64,000 nt of DNA from the human T2T-CHM13v2.0 reference genome, Homo sapiens: assembly GCF_009914755.1 (NCBI RefSeq), contig NC_060939.1; one strand, written 5' to 3'. The notes beneath the pieces were generated by a model, which saw only the letters and a program-made list of their open reading frames with translations, was not told the DNA's origin and made no database searches. A program made the translations under genes and the position numbers. Below are positions 37,959-53,760 of the stretch, in pieces (the stretch's first letter is position 1; each line of letters opens with the position of its first letter).

Positions 37959-38298
37959 GGCACAGGGCTTTAAGCATAACAATGAGTGAGGGAAGGTTGA
38001 TCCTCAGACACATGACACATGTTCATACAGGTGAGGGGCAGCTGGTTGATGATTTTAGGCTCTACTGTCACACAGATGTCAAGATGAAGGCCTTTTGGGT
38101 AGAAGACGGGACTCATCTCTCATTAGCATGTGACATAAACTGTACTTGAAGTGTGTATATATTCTGGGCCAGTTCCAATGCAAAGTAAAATGGGTTCAGT
38201 ATCATTGGTAGAGAACACAGTCTATGAGAGAATTACCAAATGAGCCACATTTAGTTCTTATGACAAGTAGTTAAACAGAGGAGAGCACTGACTGTTTA

Positions 38299-38622
<324 letters not shown>

Positions 38623-39929
38623 AAGGCTGAAGCAAAGATGATTCTACATGGGGGGATTTCAATGATCTTTTATAGTCTCTAGGCTCTTATGGGGTTAAAA
38701 TGATTTCTTGGTATCAGACAAGTATTATGACCAGCTCCTGGCAAAATAAGTAACACTTAAGCATAATTATTTGGAGCTATTCAGTTAAAGTGTCTGAGTG
38801 TAGCCCTGGTCTTGAAGGGCAGGGCAAGACATGGCATTGAGTTCAATTGTCTCTACTGGCTGTGGGACGGGACAGGAAGCAGAGAAGCCGACAGGTCTGC
38901 CATCCAAACATCCAGGGTATGGGGGTTAAATGAATGAATGTCCTGGGGTAGAAGACTATCAACCAGACCCCACCCACACTTCATTCTGAAGAGGAAGTTA
39001 TTTTGGGAGGTATTAGAGGAGGAAAAATCTGCCTGTGTTTCTGCTCTGCTCAGACAATCACATAAGTGACTCATTTCACTCTCAGTACCAGCTCTGTGGG
39101 ATAAATGGACATTATGATTGCCATTTTAAAAATGAAGTGCACCCATACTTAAAGAGACACGTTTAGTAAATGATAGAGCTGGAATCTGTTCCCGGGGAAA
39201 TCTGACTTCCTAACTCATGCTCCCTCCACTTCCCCAGAGGAGGTGAATATGAACCATAACACAGTTACAGCTAACGTGGTAATTAGCAACACTTAGTATC
39301 TATAATAGTCTAAGACCATCGCAGGTGTCATCATGTTTAAGCCTAAAACTTCAGCCCAACGAGCTAAACTCTGTTGTTATGCTCACTTTATAAGTGAGGG
39401 CATTAAGAATTTAAGGGCTAGCCTAAGATGATACAGGTAGTAAGTAGCAGATCACAACCTTAACTCAGGCAATCGGACTCTTAAACTTGCTCTCCAAGGA
39501 AAAACATCTTTCTTCAAAGACCCCTAAGGGCCCTCTGAGAGGTTATGGAGCAAGTCTCCATTTCTAGGAAAGTGTGTTGTTCTTGTAGATCCTTGACTCA
39601 AATACAAGTAACTCCTACTGGCCATTTCTGCATAACTTCCTGCTCCTTTTCAAACTCAACAGGTTCAAAGTCAAAATCTCCTCCCAACAAAATCTCTACC
39701 TCCAAATTCCTAAACTTGATTATGCCGATAGTAAACCGGCGTTGTTTGATTTATTTGTGTGCCAGATGCAGAGCTCACTGTCTGGCCGAGGCAGGTACTC
39801 AGATCTTCACTAAATAGATGAATCTGCAATGTTGTTGAGTGTGAATCTTAGCTTTGGTTGGAGTCCAAAGCTAAGAATCAGACTCGGTAACACTGTTCTC
39901 ACCTGGACTTCAAGTTTTCTTACCACTCT

Positions 39930-40505
39930 TCTCACCTTTGGTTGTGCTTCCTTTCCAACCCTTTCATCCCTGTGCAGCCTGATAGTATTAGGAAGGAAAA
40001 CCGGCTTCTACTTTCGCAGTTTATAATTTGTCAGTGACCTCCCATGGTCTTAAGGATAAAATGCAGACAGGACCTAGTGCTTGAGCCTTTTCAGATCCAG
40101 CCACTACGTAATTTTCTGGTCTCTTCTCTTGACATCAGCCCCTGTTAAAGTCATAAAAACTTACTTTCAATTCTCAGAAAGCACCTTACTCTTCTGTTCC
40201 CTCTTCTTCCATCCATGTGCCTAGATCTATCCATTATGTGCTTAAATGTAGGCTCCTCCAAGAAGTCTCCCATGATCTGATTCTGAGTTCCTACTGTCAT
40301 CTTGGAGAAACCCAGTCACAGCTTTTGTTGTATGGCATTGCCTGTGGACTTTGCTGTCCCCTCTTCACCTCCCCCCCACCGCCCCACTGCACCAAGACTG
40401 TAATATCTTGGAGAACAAAGACAATTTTGTTCACTGCTACGTCCTGAGAGCCTAGCATCGTGCCCAAGATGTGGTGGGACTTCCATAAATATGTGTTGAA
40501 TGGTT
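39930..40505 (+). mobile_element. L2 fragments
   Basis: CCTCCCATGGTCTTAAGGATAAAA..GCCTAGCATCGTGCCC..ATAAATATGTGTTGAATGG. Confidence 0.5.
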
Positions 40506-40859
40506 GAGATCTTAATTTCTGTTAGAACGGTCTCCTGAGAATGACCTCCTACCCGTTGCCTCAGTAACCTCTTACGCATGGAGAGCAGAGCTGCAGGAAA
40601 GCAGGACACACGTGAGTCCAGCCAACTCAGAGCTTCAAGGAGGCGTCCAGGAGAAACCTCCCTCAGCCCCGTTTGCGGTGCCTCCTGGTCGGTAATTTTC
40701 CAGAAGCAATTTCTTGTTTCCTCCAAATGGCCTGTAGAGGTCAGAAAAGGGCCTTGTTTTCCAATCACCGACTGTCCTGTCTACATTAGCATTCACCCCG
40801 GGTGTCTATAATTAAGCAAGCCTAAGCTGGGCACATAGGAACGGAAATGCATTGACTTT

Positions 40860-40865
40860 AATAAA
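40860..40865 (+). terminator. Candidate polyadenylation signal
   Basis: AATAAA outside any recognised repeat, with a CA ~14 nt downstream and a U/GU-rich element (CTTGTTTATTCTTG) at ~40900. Confidence 0.35.
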
Positions 40866-41143
40866 ACAGAGTGTAAAACAACTTTAGATTGACTCCAGCC
40901 TTGTTTATTCTTGCACACTTGTAATTCTGGTTTGGTATATTCCCAGTCAAAGAGACCATTGTCCTGGGAACTGAAGCGTGTCCCTTGCTTCATTGCTGCT
41001 GCAGCCTGTCCAAGGAGGCAAGCCGCACCAGGTTGCTGCTACCAGCTCACAGCAATTTTTTTTTAAATTTTTTAAAGAAGAAAAAATAACAGAGAATAAC
41101 CTGTGAGAACGATGAAAGGAGTTCCTATTGATGTCCTGGACTT

Positions 41144-41172
41144 TGTGTGTGTGTGTTTGTGTGTGTGTGTGT
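41144..41172. repeat. (TG)n microsatellite
   Basis: TGTGTGTGTGTGTTTGTGTGTGTGTGTGT. Confidence 0.9.
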
Positions 41173-41299
41173 GAATGTAAGTACATCCAGAGTCCAGAAA
41201 AAATATGTAAATAATAAAAATGGATCAGGCACTCTGGTCTTCACCTATTGTGTAATTTAGGAAATGATGGTTTTGTTCTTTAAGTGATTCCGTAGCATA

Positions 41300-41465
41300 T
41301 GGAATAGAACATTATAACAGAAGTTGAGAGTCCAAGGTTTAGGCTCTGGCTCGGTTACTTCAATATATGGCTTTGGGCTGACCCTTTCCTCTGGGTCTCA
41401 GTTTCTCCATTGGAGGGTGAAGGGCTGGACCACACGAAATCTAACCTCACTTCTATTTCTAATAT
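41300..41465 (+). mobile_element. MIR fragment
   Basis: CTTTCCTCTGGGTCTCAGTTTCTCCATTGG. Confidence 0.55.
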
Positions 41466-42879
41466 TCATGAACATGAATGCTGTGCTGGCGGGGCCTGCA
41501 GAGAACACCAGCAGGCCCGGGGCTGGCCAGGCCGGTGAAGAGGCAGCGTGAGGTGGCTCACACTAGCGTTCTGTCTCTGCAGGGACCGAGGCCAGGCCTG
41601 CACAATGATCTATTCAGAGCACAGAGCAGAGCAGTGCCATTGATATCCTGCCAATGCCCAGCAGAATAAAAGCTTCCGAAATCAGGGCTAAAAATAAATA
41701 ATAAAACAAAATGACAACATGAACAGGAAGACCTAAAGGAGGGGGAATGAATTGAGTCAGCAAACTTCAGCTGGGGTGGGGCAGGGAAGAATCTAATTTG
41801 TTTTCATCCACATGGTTTGGCCTGCTAGGTGCTGCACTGGTGTTTAAAGTGCTGTTGGAAGGGGGAGTTTGATGCCACCCTGGGAGAAGATGGAGAAGAT
41901 GGGGGAGAGGCGTGGCTGCTCTCTCAGGCTCGTTTCCTCCCCACTGTGCAGTTGGTCCACCCACTCCTCATTGACTCTTTGTTGGTTGTTCAGAGAGAGT
42001 TCTTTCACAGTCCCTCTCCTGTCCCTGGCCTCTGCCTGGGCCTGGGCCAACTGCCCTCATCGACCTTGTCTCTCAGCATTTGGGGCCCAGCTTCCTCCTA
42101 GGCTCTTTGCACACACTCAGGATTTCAATCAAAATGACTTTCAAATCTGGTCATTTAGGGGAGGATGTGTGCAAGAGGGTTAGGGAAAGGGAGCTCATTA
42201 TTACTGAGCACATTGAATGTTCCGGCCACTGTACAGTTACATGCAACATGCAAGGAGACAGACAGCAGTGACCTAGCAGCAGCCACAGGGCAAGTAAACA
42301 TATGCGGATCACCTCTACAACCTTGTTCCAGGCCTTGTCATTGCGAAGCGTAGAGATTCAAAGCAGTTGGAGACTTCCTTTAGTGAGGCGGTTTCTTGAA
42401 TTTGGGGATATGCAAATGTCGGGGTGAGGGATGAAAAGCTGCTCTGCTGTGCATTAGATGGTACCAAAGATTCGGGGAGTGGGGCCAGGGGTGTGCACTG
42501 GGAGAGAAGGAGAGAGAGAAAGAGAGAGGATGAGGACTTCCCAGCATGGCTCAAGGCAGGGGAGCAAAGAGGGCCTCGGAGAAGTCCTGACTCATAAAAA
42601 AGTGATGTCCAGGATTGAATTTTAAGTTGTTCTCTGTTCTGTGGGATCTCATTTCACTCCATCCCTAGTCCCTCAAATCTCTAGTAAAAGTCCATTACTC
42701 CCAAGCAGCTGGGTTCTCATTATATTTTGCACAGATGAAAGGTTCAGTTGTTCATTTTGGATGAAAACATGGGGGAAGCCACCAAAGAGAATTCAGCAGA
42801 AGCAAGAAATTTGCAAAGTTCATTTCTAGGAAATTACAGATTCCATTTATTTGGGCAGTTCATGAATATGATGGTAATG

Positions 42880-43085
42880 ATAATAATCAACTTACCATAA
42901 ACATGAACCAGACCTTGGGCTGAATGTTTACTATTCACAAAACCCCTTTGAGGTAAATAACTATTATGATACCCATTTTACAGACAAAGAAACAAAGTCT
43001 GGGAGATAGTTAGCAGCTTGGGCAAAGTGAGTGGTTAGTGGAGAGGCTGCATTTGGGTTTGAACTGAGCTTGCATCCTCTTCCCA
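42880..43085 (-). mobile_element. MIR fragment
   Basis: TGAGGTAAATAACTATTATGATACCCATTTTACAGACAAAGAAAC..GGGTTTGAACT. Confidence 0.7.
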
Positions 43086-43219
43086 TTCTCCCCATGGTGT
43101 AACACCTCGGAAAAGGAAATGTTCCTAGTGGCAGTGGACATCTCCTCCCTTCATTTTTCCCTTGAGGCAAACTTGCCTTCACACTTTCTTCTTCAAATTC
43201 AATTAGAAATGGATCCGTA

Positions 43220-43285
43220 TCATGCCGCTGCACTCCAGCCTGGGCCACAAAGGGAGACCCAGTCTCAAAAAATAAAAAAAAAAAA
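43220..43285 (+). mobile_element. Extremely 5'-truncated Alu (last ~47 nt plus A tail) with TSD
   Basis: TCATGCCGCTGCACTCCAGCCTGGGCCACAAAGGGAGACCCAGTCTC plus A-rich tail; TSD GAAATGGATC(C/T)GTA at 43206-43219 and 43287-43300. Confidence 0.9.
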
Positions 43286-44303
43286 GGAAATGGATCTGTA
43301 ATTTTCCGAGTCTTATTTTCAGACTTAGTCAAGGCCTGTTTTCTCCCCCACGTACCTATTAATTTAAATTTTGCTCAGCTTCCTTCTCCACATTTCCAGA
43401 CAAAAATGCTGTGTGACCTTTTACAGAAATCTTACAATGGGCTGATGGTGGTAGTTGATGATGTGTATGGGAAATACGTGAAGCACACTATAAGCTTCCC
43501 CTAGCAAATGTTCAGAGCAACATTTTTAAAGATGAACAACATGAATTTCAAACAGTGGTTAAGTAAACATCATAGAGAAATATGTCCCCAACAAAATCGG
43601 GTCTGGATTGGGATCAGCAGGATTTCCCTTAAGGTGTCTGCTCTGGTTCAGGAAATGATTCTTCTGGGTCTCTGTCTGTCACGTCCATGCGTGTTCTGAA
43701 CAATATCATGTGTTCCCCTGGTGACTCTATTTTTTTCAGAGTACTACTTTGAAGGCTGTGGCATAGTAATGCTAGGGATACCTTGCAGACTTACGCTCAG
43801 AGATCTATAATGCACCACATCAATATCAGCTAGTTTCAAGTGATACTCAGTTTACTTTATTAGGAAAGGATCTATACTCTTTAAATCCTAAACTGTTACT
43901 GTTCCTCAACTTCACTTGACTTCAACCTAAAAATTAATGCTATAAGTGAGTGGCCACTTCAACAAGACCGCTTAGCAAAGAGCAACAGGAGAAACACACC
44001 TTGGTCCTCTACCTTTTCCTGTCTCTGTTGAAATAGATTTTCCTGTAGTCTGACATAAGTCAGTGATATTCCCGAAAGACAGCCTTACCTGAGCCATGCT
44101 TCTCTTTTTCTGAATAGTTTTTTTGTTGTTGTTTTTTGTTTTGCTTTTTTCTCATCTTTAGTGGCTACAAGATGAAAAGACCAGAAACACATGACATTAA
44201 TTAAGGTAAGGAAAAACAGAGCCCAGCAAGGGAGAATGAATTGACACTGAAATCTCTAGGGCTCATCAATGACTAGCTGCTTAGTTGCCCACTCCCTGTT
44301 GAG

Positions 44304-44304
<1 letters not shown>

Positions 44305-44338
<34 letters not shown>

Positions 44339-44346
44339 CACACACC
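44305..44346. repeat. (CA)n microsatellite
   Basis: ~20 CA units with one CG interruption. Confidence 0.95.
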
Positions 44347-44704
44347 CGACTACCTAAGGAAAAACTCTTATATGAATGAAGAAAAAACCAGAGCCTTCAA
44401 GGACACTAATTTGGTGCCTGTTGCAGAGAGCAGTTTTTGTGGTAAGAGGAAGATTATAAATAGAAGCGACTGCGGCAAGCTCTCTCACGATGTTTTATAA
44501 TTGGTGTTGTAATACCTTGTGCCAGATGATATGAGAAAGATGGTGTGGCAGGATGTGTCCAGCCTGTAAAGCACTCACAGTGTCTGGAGTCCCAGTGGGG
44601 CTGAAATGGGACAAGGGAGAAGGAGTAGGCAGGGGCTGCCTGGCCCACTCTGCCATGGGCCTCAGGAGTAAAGGGCAGGCTCATGGGGGAGGGATATCAG
44701 TACC

Positions 44705-45307
44705 TGTACCTCAGTTTTACATTGCTGGGAAACAAATTACCACCAATTTAGTGCTGTCGAACATTATCCATTTACTGTCTTAGGGTGAGTAAGTCAGAAG
44801 CACAGGGAACCTCCGTGGGTTCTCTGTTCAAGAGGCCTCGAAACTGAAACCCAAGCATCAGTCAGCCTGGACTCCTATCTGGAAGCTCAGGGAAAGAATC
44901 TGCTTCCAAGCTCAAACTGTTGTCTGAATTCAGTTCCTTGTGGTAGTAGGCACTGAGCTCCCCATTTCCTAGCCAGCTGTCAGAGGGGCTGTTCTCAGCT
45001 CCTACAGTCCGCCTCCATTCCTTGGCCTGTGACATCTCAAAGCCAACAAAGTGGATTTAACCACCACCCCTCCCTGATGCTTTGAATCTCTTTTACTTCT
45101 ACTAGCCAGAAAAACTCTCTTCTTTTAATAGGCTAGTGTGATTAGGTTAGACCCACCCTGATCATCTATTCTTTGCCTTAAAACCTAGTATAATCACAGG
45201 AGTGAAATCTCATCATAGTCAGGGCCTCTATCCATGATCAAAAGTGGGGAAGGGGAAAACACAGGGCAGATTTCATTGGGTTTATTTTTATAATTTTGCT
45301 TACCACA
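44705..45307 (-). mobile_element. MLT1 (C/D/E-type) MaLR LTR
   Basis: TGTACC..ACAAATTACCACCAATTTAGTG..GGAAAGAATCTGCTTCCAAGCTC..AATTCAGTTCCTTG..GATTAGGTTAGACCCACC..TGCTTACCACA. Confidence 0.75.
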
Positions 45308-45621
45308 AACAGTAATATTATCAAGGGTTATGTAATGCTCTCTCCAAGTGCTAGGAACAGTTTAAGCATTTTATATACATTAATAACATGAATCTTCATG
45401 ACAATCCTATAACATAGGTATATTCATCCCAGTACTCTGATTTTACATGTGAGGCCAAAGTATTGATGTAGTATACACAGCTAGCCTGGGATTGAGTTGT
45501 GATTTGAACTCGACAAGTACAGCTCCAGGTTTATGCCAGATTTCTTGGCTCCATCTAAAAATGTAGTCTCTTAGACATAGTTTTTTTCCTTCATTTTGCC
45601 TGAGCTGGGATGTGAACATGG

Positions 45622-46386
45622 TGTTTCCAAAACAAATTAGGGAGCTGCTCACCTGTGCATTAAGGCAAAACATCCACTTTGAGGTTTTGCAATTGGAGAA
45701 AGGAGGGCATTCATTTTCAGAGTGCCAAGCAAGGAGAACTGGGCAGCTCACACTTAGACCTGACCTCCCCAGCGGCTTCTAGGTAAGGGTCTTTAAAGGA
45801 AGGGAGGCAGAGGTTATAGGCAAAGTCATCAATAAATACGTGGTGGTTATACATTGGTTTGACCAAAAAAGTTGGGACATTTCGAAGTAGGTCGTAAGAG
45901 GATTCAAAGATTTTTCTCATCTGTGATTGGTTAAGCAGACGAAGCTTTGTTTAATGATTTGGGGGTCAACAGAAAGGAATGGTGAGTTCCAGCCTGTGGA
46001 TGGGACTTCCTCCAGGCTCCTCAAGAAGAAATTTAGAACAGAAAATGGCCGTCAGAGTTCAGTCCTCAGTCTCCTCTTGTCTGAGGTCTACGTGCCAGTG
46101 TATCCATTTGGTCGGGGTCCAAGTTTCTGAAAAAACAACTCAGGGACATATGTTAAGATGTAATTTTTAGTTTCTATAGGGAACCAAACATCTCATGACT
46201 CTAGCTTCCTTGGCTATTGTTTTGAGCTACTGTTACCTTCTTGCTTATCAGGTTGCTCACTTACTTCTCAAGGCCAGCTAGGTGTCTGGAATTTCCCTGG
46301 AAGAAACTCAATATTTTCTTTTATTTCCATGCTTGGGGAGGGAGAATGAGGAGGAGGCCCCTAAGAGGAGTCCCTACTCCCTCTTG
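45622..46386 (-). mobile_element. ERV1 solo LTR (MER39-like)
   Basis: Reverse-complement match to 55466-56234 (TTTCTGAAAAAACAACTCAGGGACATATGTTAAGATG..TTTCTATAGGGAACCAAACATCTC..GGCCCCTAAGAGG). Confidence 0.75.
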
Positions 46387-46971
46387 ATGAGGTTTGGAGT
46401 TGCCTAGTGGGACAGGAATAGGTTGCAGTAGAAGGCAGCACAGCATGCATGGATCAGACTGTCTGTGGCCAAGGCTGTAATGTCAAGGCGCCTGTGGCAT
46501 GTCCACCTCTTCTAATTTCACCATCTTGTACTCAGAGTCTTACTTAGTTATAAAGAGCACACGTTTCCCCAGACTGTCCGCTCTCCCATATATCCTTCAG
46601 GAGCAGTTGATCTAGTAACGACATTTGAGATGTTCAAGGTATAAAGTGAGGTCTTCATGAAACAGATATCCCACCTCCATGTCCCTGGGACTCTGCTTCC
46701 TGCACAGGTCTATATAAAAAAGGGACCTAACAAACCAATGGTTACTCTGTATGGACTTAGTCGTAATTTTTCAGTCTTTCATTGATTGGGTTGCATTATT
46801 TTGGCTTATGTAGGAGGATGAAGATATATCCTTAAAGGTATAACTAGTTTATAATCATAAATTAGAAGAAAAAAGGCTAATAAATATGAAACAAAGTTGA
46901 TTTCAAAAATAGTATTTTGCAGTGCCTTAATATTATTAGTAATAGTATTAACAGAGCAACTTCACCAATAA

Positions 46972-47322
<351 letters not shown>

Positions 47323-48839
47323 CAGAAACATTTTAAAAAACTAAACAGAAGGTAGAAAACTGACATTTCATAATTATAGCTATAATTTAAATGCTATAAA
47401 TTATACCACTAAATGACACAGAATATCAAGTATGATCAAGAAATAAACATAATACTATTTTTCATTCATTATACATAACAAAATAAAAAGATTCATAATG
47501 AAACAATCCAGGTGGAAAAGAGGCAATGAAGCGATTTCTAGGGAGCAGTTACCAATGAGAAGAATTACAAGTGCAAGCTCAAGTTCTGAAGCAACGGTTT
47601 AGATAACGGGACTGGTTTAGGAAACTAGGAGAAATATGAATCAGCTTATTATCACAGCTGTGGTAGAAGGGCATGATGACCAGGAGGAGATGTTCAATCT
47701 GACTGTGAGAGCATGTGAAAAATAAGGAGACAAAAATTGCACAATGATCCCACCCAGGGCACTGCAGCAAGAAGGAGTCCAGGTATCCGGCCCGAGGGAT
47801 GGTGGTGGCAGGGATGCAATCGCTGAAGCTGGATATCACTAATGTGGTGATGTGTCTATCTGCGCTCTCATCCCTTGTCTCTCTCTCTTACACCAGATAA
47901 CTTTGAACACATGATAAATAGGCAGAGTGGGTAAACAGATCTGTTGAATTATGTGGGCTTAGGGCAGATTAAAGTGAATTGAAAAGACTGTCTCCTTCAG
48001 TTGTCCATATGATGTATCAGCTTGACATTCAAAAGCCTCTACAATTTAGCTCACCTCTGCCTGCCTTGCCGGGCTTGTCTTCAATACACAGGGCCCAGGA
48101 CCAGCTTTTCAGGCAGAGTGGCCTATTCCCCATCTCCTAAGTTTATCCTGCCTGTTATCACCTCCTCACCTTTTCCTGCTGTTCCTCCCTCCCTTCAAGG
48201 ACCAATTCAAATCTCAGCTTACCCCTGATCTGAGTATCTTTTGTAACTCCTACTCTCTCTGTGCTTCTATCCATGAACGCTTAAAGCATTTATTATGCAA
48301 TTAACTATATCCTTTCGTGCTTGGCTATTTGGCTGTTTATCTCTTTTGTTGTGGTTCAATGCTTCACATGTGACTGTCATATCTCTGCAAGTACACTATT
48401 CCCTGAAAGCAAGGTTATGTCTTTTTTATATCATTCATCATTTAGCATCTTCCAAATTCAGTTTGTTTATGGATATTATCTGACAAAATGCTCCCTATAA
48501 AACTTCATGTTAAATATTATTTTCCTCATTATATGAACTACCTAATTGAGGCTTAACAAAGTTTAAAAACCCACCCTATGTCATACAGCTAATAAGTGAC
48601 AGAATCAAGATTTAAAGCCATGTGATTTGGACGAAAATCCTCTACTTTTCCCATGAGGCCATGATATCATTACACCTTCCTGGAGCCATTACTCTAGATA
48701 ATACATCAAAATAAAATATTCATAGCATATATACATACAAAAGCAGTCTCCATAAATACGTGCCAATTATTTTACTTCATTTGCCCACAAGTTTTAAGTT
48801 ATGAAGCAATCTTTAAATGGAAAGCCTAGATAAAATGTC

Positions 48840-48935
48840 TATTCATGCATATTCACAGATGCACATGTATGCATGCACACATACATGTGCACACACACAG
48901 GGATGCATACACACATGCTCATACACACAAATGTT
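48840..48935. repeat. Degenerate (CA)/(CATG) repeat
   Basis: GCACATGTATGCATGCACACATACATGTGCACACACAC. Confidence 0.7.
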
Positions 48936-49525
48936 TGCATCACGATAGATTGGCTGGTAAGTGCCACACACAAGTTCTGCCTGAAAGGACATTGTGATCC
49001 TAATGGTACAATGAATGGTCTTATTGGCAAGGACATAGAGAATTTTTAATCCCATTTAGGGTAGAAAGGTGTGTAATCTTAGCAGAATGCTTTGAGGCTC
49101 AATTTTATTGCAAGGATGCCCAGACCTCATTGATTTGGTTTATAGTCAGCAAATTACTTTGAAGTACAGCCGTGTTAGTTGTAATATTAGCTATTGAAAA
49201 GCTCTATGTCAATTCCTCTGTTAATCATGACCTGGAAAGTATAATGAATGTGGAGGGTGCTCAGCAGGCATATTGTTTGTCCAGGTTCTCAGCTTATTCT
49301 CTGTTTGGGAGAGAAAGACGACAGCTCTGAAACCTATAATCTTTCAGAAGTGGGAAGCAGAGAGGGAATTGTGGTGGGGAAGGTACCACAAGATTGTTCG
49401 TAGGTTCCCTTCATAACTTGGACATCACTTTTTGGCAGCGGATAGTTTCCATGTGCACGATAAGAATCATTACATTTTGCTACTCTGTGTCTCTCAAACT
49501 TTGGCCACATAAAAATCACCTGGGT

Positions 49526-50001
<476 letters not shown>

Positions 50002-50237
50002 CTAAGCCCCAATCCTGGTGATTGATTGGGGAGGTATATGGTAGAGTCTAATAATTTGCATCTCTTAGAAGTTCATAAATCATGCTGATACTGCTGGTCC
50101 AAGGAACACCCTTTGAGAACTGCTGTCCTAACAGACATGGTGTGTAATTATAGGGCAAAGAAGAAGCATTAGTTTCCTTCAAGAAAATATGATACTGATA
50201 ATCAGGAAGCTTTTTCTATTAATAACACCAGTCCTAA

Positions 50238-50754
<517 letters not shown>

Positions 50755-51599
50755 AAAGGAGAGTCTGGATCAGGGAAAGCAGGAGAACACTAACCTATAG
50801 GAGAAGGAAAACGTCAATATCTGCTTCATCTCCTCTCCTTTCCTTCCATTACCTTTTCCCTCCACGTTCCTTTCATGTTTCTCCCCTATTCCTTTTGCCC
50901 CTGTCATTTTCTTCTCTTTAGGTCTGTAAGCCTCTGTCTATCCTCTCCTTTCTATCTGCTGCAGATGAAAAGAAGTTATTGTGGAGGATTGCCAACTTCC
51001 ATCTCCATGACTTTACTTCGTCTTACATTATCCTCACTACATAAATCTTTTCTGAACAAAATGAATGCCATTCGTTCTGGTCCTAGAAACTTATTGAGAC
51101 TTTGAACCATTCAGGCCAGGCAAGGTGCTAGCCAGTCACAATGACTTTCCAATAGCTTAGTATACCTGCCATGTAAACAACCTCCTTTTAAGAGACTCCA
51201 TACAAATAGGTCATTTTGTTTGTGTTCAATGATATCATGACCTTGAACACGATGGATTTGACCCCCAACCCAAAAGAAGCAAGTCAATTTATAGGGATTC
51301 CTTAGATCTATGAAGTGACTTGGTGTGAAAGCTCTAATAGGAATGCCATAGACTGGATGGAGACTTAACAAGCCAATTCGATTTTTCTTTGTTGAAGAGT
51401 TTGAATTTGAGACACATGTAGAATAATTTTACAAAAGCAGTGCTAATAATAGAAATAGAGGTAAAAAATTGCCAAGTCATTCAAGCCAGAGTCTGGAGGA
51501 TTGGATACCACAGGGCAATCACCAGAATTTCTATGCATCATCAGAGCAGGAGTTGTACTTTTAGAACTATTGCATTGACCTCAATAAAATCTCCACTCA

Positions 51600-51920
51600 G
51601 GCCAGGCGCGGTAGCTCATGCCTGTAATCCCAGCACTTTGGGAGGCCAAGGCGGGTGGATCCCATGGTCAGGAGTTCGAGACTAATCTGGCCAACATAGT
51701 GTAACCCGTCTCTACTAAAAATGCAAAACATTAGCCTGGTGTGGTGGTGGGCGCCTGTAATCCTAGCTGCTCAGGAGGCTGAGGCAGGAGAATCGCTTGA
51801 ACCCAGAAGGCAGAGGTTGCAGTGAGCCGAGTTCATGCCATTGCACTCCACCCCAGGCGACAGTGTGAGACTCCATCTTAAAAATAAATAAATAAATAAA
51901 TAAATAATAAAATAAAATAA
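51600..51920 (+). mobile_element. Full-length AluS with a (TAAA)n/(TAAAA)n tail
   Basis: GGCCAGGCGCGGTAGCTCATGCC..; TSD AATAAAATCTCCACTC at 51583 and 51921. Confidence 0.95.
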
Positions 51921-52001
51921 AATAAAATCTCCACTCTAGGAATCCTGCTTAGTATAATTGTAAAATGCTATTTAGGATAAACTGAGTATCTCTGTTCCTT
52001 A

Positions 52002-52359
<358 letters not shown>

Positions 52360-53604
52360 TTACTTTAGGCTAAGATCTAGGCAGAAGGCTATAATGAATA
52401 GAGGAAGTAGCAATAATATAATCCAATATTGATAATCATGACCAGTAGTAGTTATTGAAAAAAAATTACCATGTGCCAGCATACTAGAAATGTCAATCAT
52501 TGTGTCTGCTTGCCTACACAGACCTCTAGGGCAGTTGTTCCTCTCAAAACCACTGATTGAAGGACAAACCTAGGTTGCAATATTGTGTATTACCTGACCT
52601 CACCCTTCCCTTTAAATATTTAGACCAAAGGTGAGCAGCTACTTCAAGGACAGCAAATTCATAGTTTTATATATGCATATATATATATAAAATGTGTGTG
52701 TATGTATATTGTGAGCATGTGTGTATATATGTTTGAGTCTTGCACTTAAAATGTACTTTATGTAAGGAATGTCTGAGGAAATAGAAATAAATGTATAAAA
52801 CAAAAAAGGAAGGATAAGCTAGGCCAGTCAGATCCCTGTATGGGCCATTTAAACTAAGAATATCAAGATAATGACTTAATTAGCTCATTGAAAGGTTTTG
52901 AAAAGTCATAAGGCAATTGATGGCATGAAGAACAATATGCAAACTCAAGTAAGGATGCTGAGCCCTTGGGCTGTCAGAATCTGTGATGCAGAGCAAAGAG
53001 AGGGCAGAGGAACAGAATGGACCAACCAGGGCATAGGCACAGAGAGAAGCAAAGGCAGAGAACACACAGCTCACGGTGGAAGGGACCAGGGAGGACCTGG
53101 CCTAAGAGAGGCCCTGTCTGCAGAAAGATTTTCAGGTCCCGTCTGAGTCCAAATCAATCCTGACAATGAACCCGATTTTCTTTGAGGCTCAGTGATGTAA
53201 AGCCCCTTTCCTGAAACTGGTGAGCTAATATGGACTGGAGCATTTATTTGAGTCTAGGGCTGGTTTGCTCTTTCCACTGCACTATCACGTGCTGCAGAGC
53301 TTCTACAAATGTGGAAGAACGTATGAGTCTTAACAACAACGATGCTCTATCACTCATATCTATCTTTTTCTCCAAGTACCATGCATGTTTTCTGTATGTG
53401 TATGAATTATATCCTTTTGGTCATTTTGAATGTGCCCCTCTGCCTCTTCTATCCCAATCTCTTCTAACTACAATGTTTCTGGCAATAAAGCATTTCATTT
53501 GAATGAATGAAAGTAATTAAGTTGTCTCTCATATTTTACCTGTTTATTTTACATGTGAGGTTGCTGAATGTTAATTTAAGCTGTGTTAATTTATAATTTT
53601 TTTC

Positions 53605-53760
53605 ACATTTTAATAATTTATTTTTTATTGTGGTAAAATATGCATAACATTGAATTTACCATTTAACCATTTAAAATGTACAATTTAGTGTCATACACAT
53701 TGTTTTGCAACTATTATCTCCAGAACTTTTTTTTAATCATTCCATACTGAAACTCTTTTT
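53605..53760 (-). mobile_element. L1MB-type 3' end fragment
   Basis: TTTTTTATTGTGGTAAAATATGCATAACATTGAATTTACCATTTAACCATTTAAAATGTACAATTTAGTG. Confidence 0.7.
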
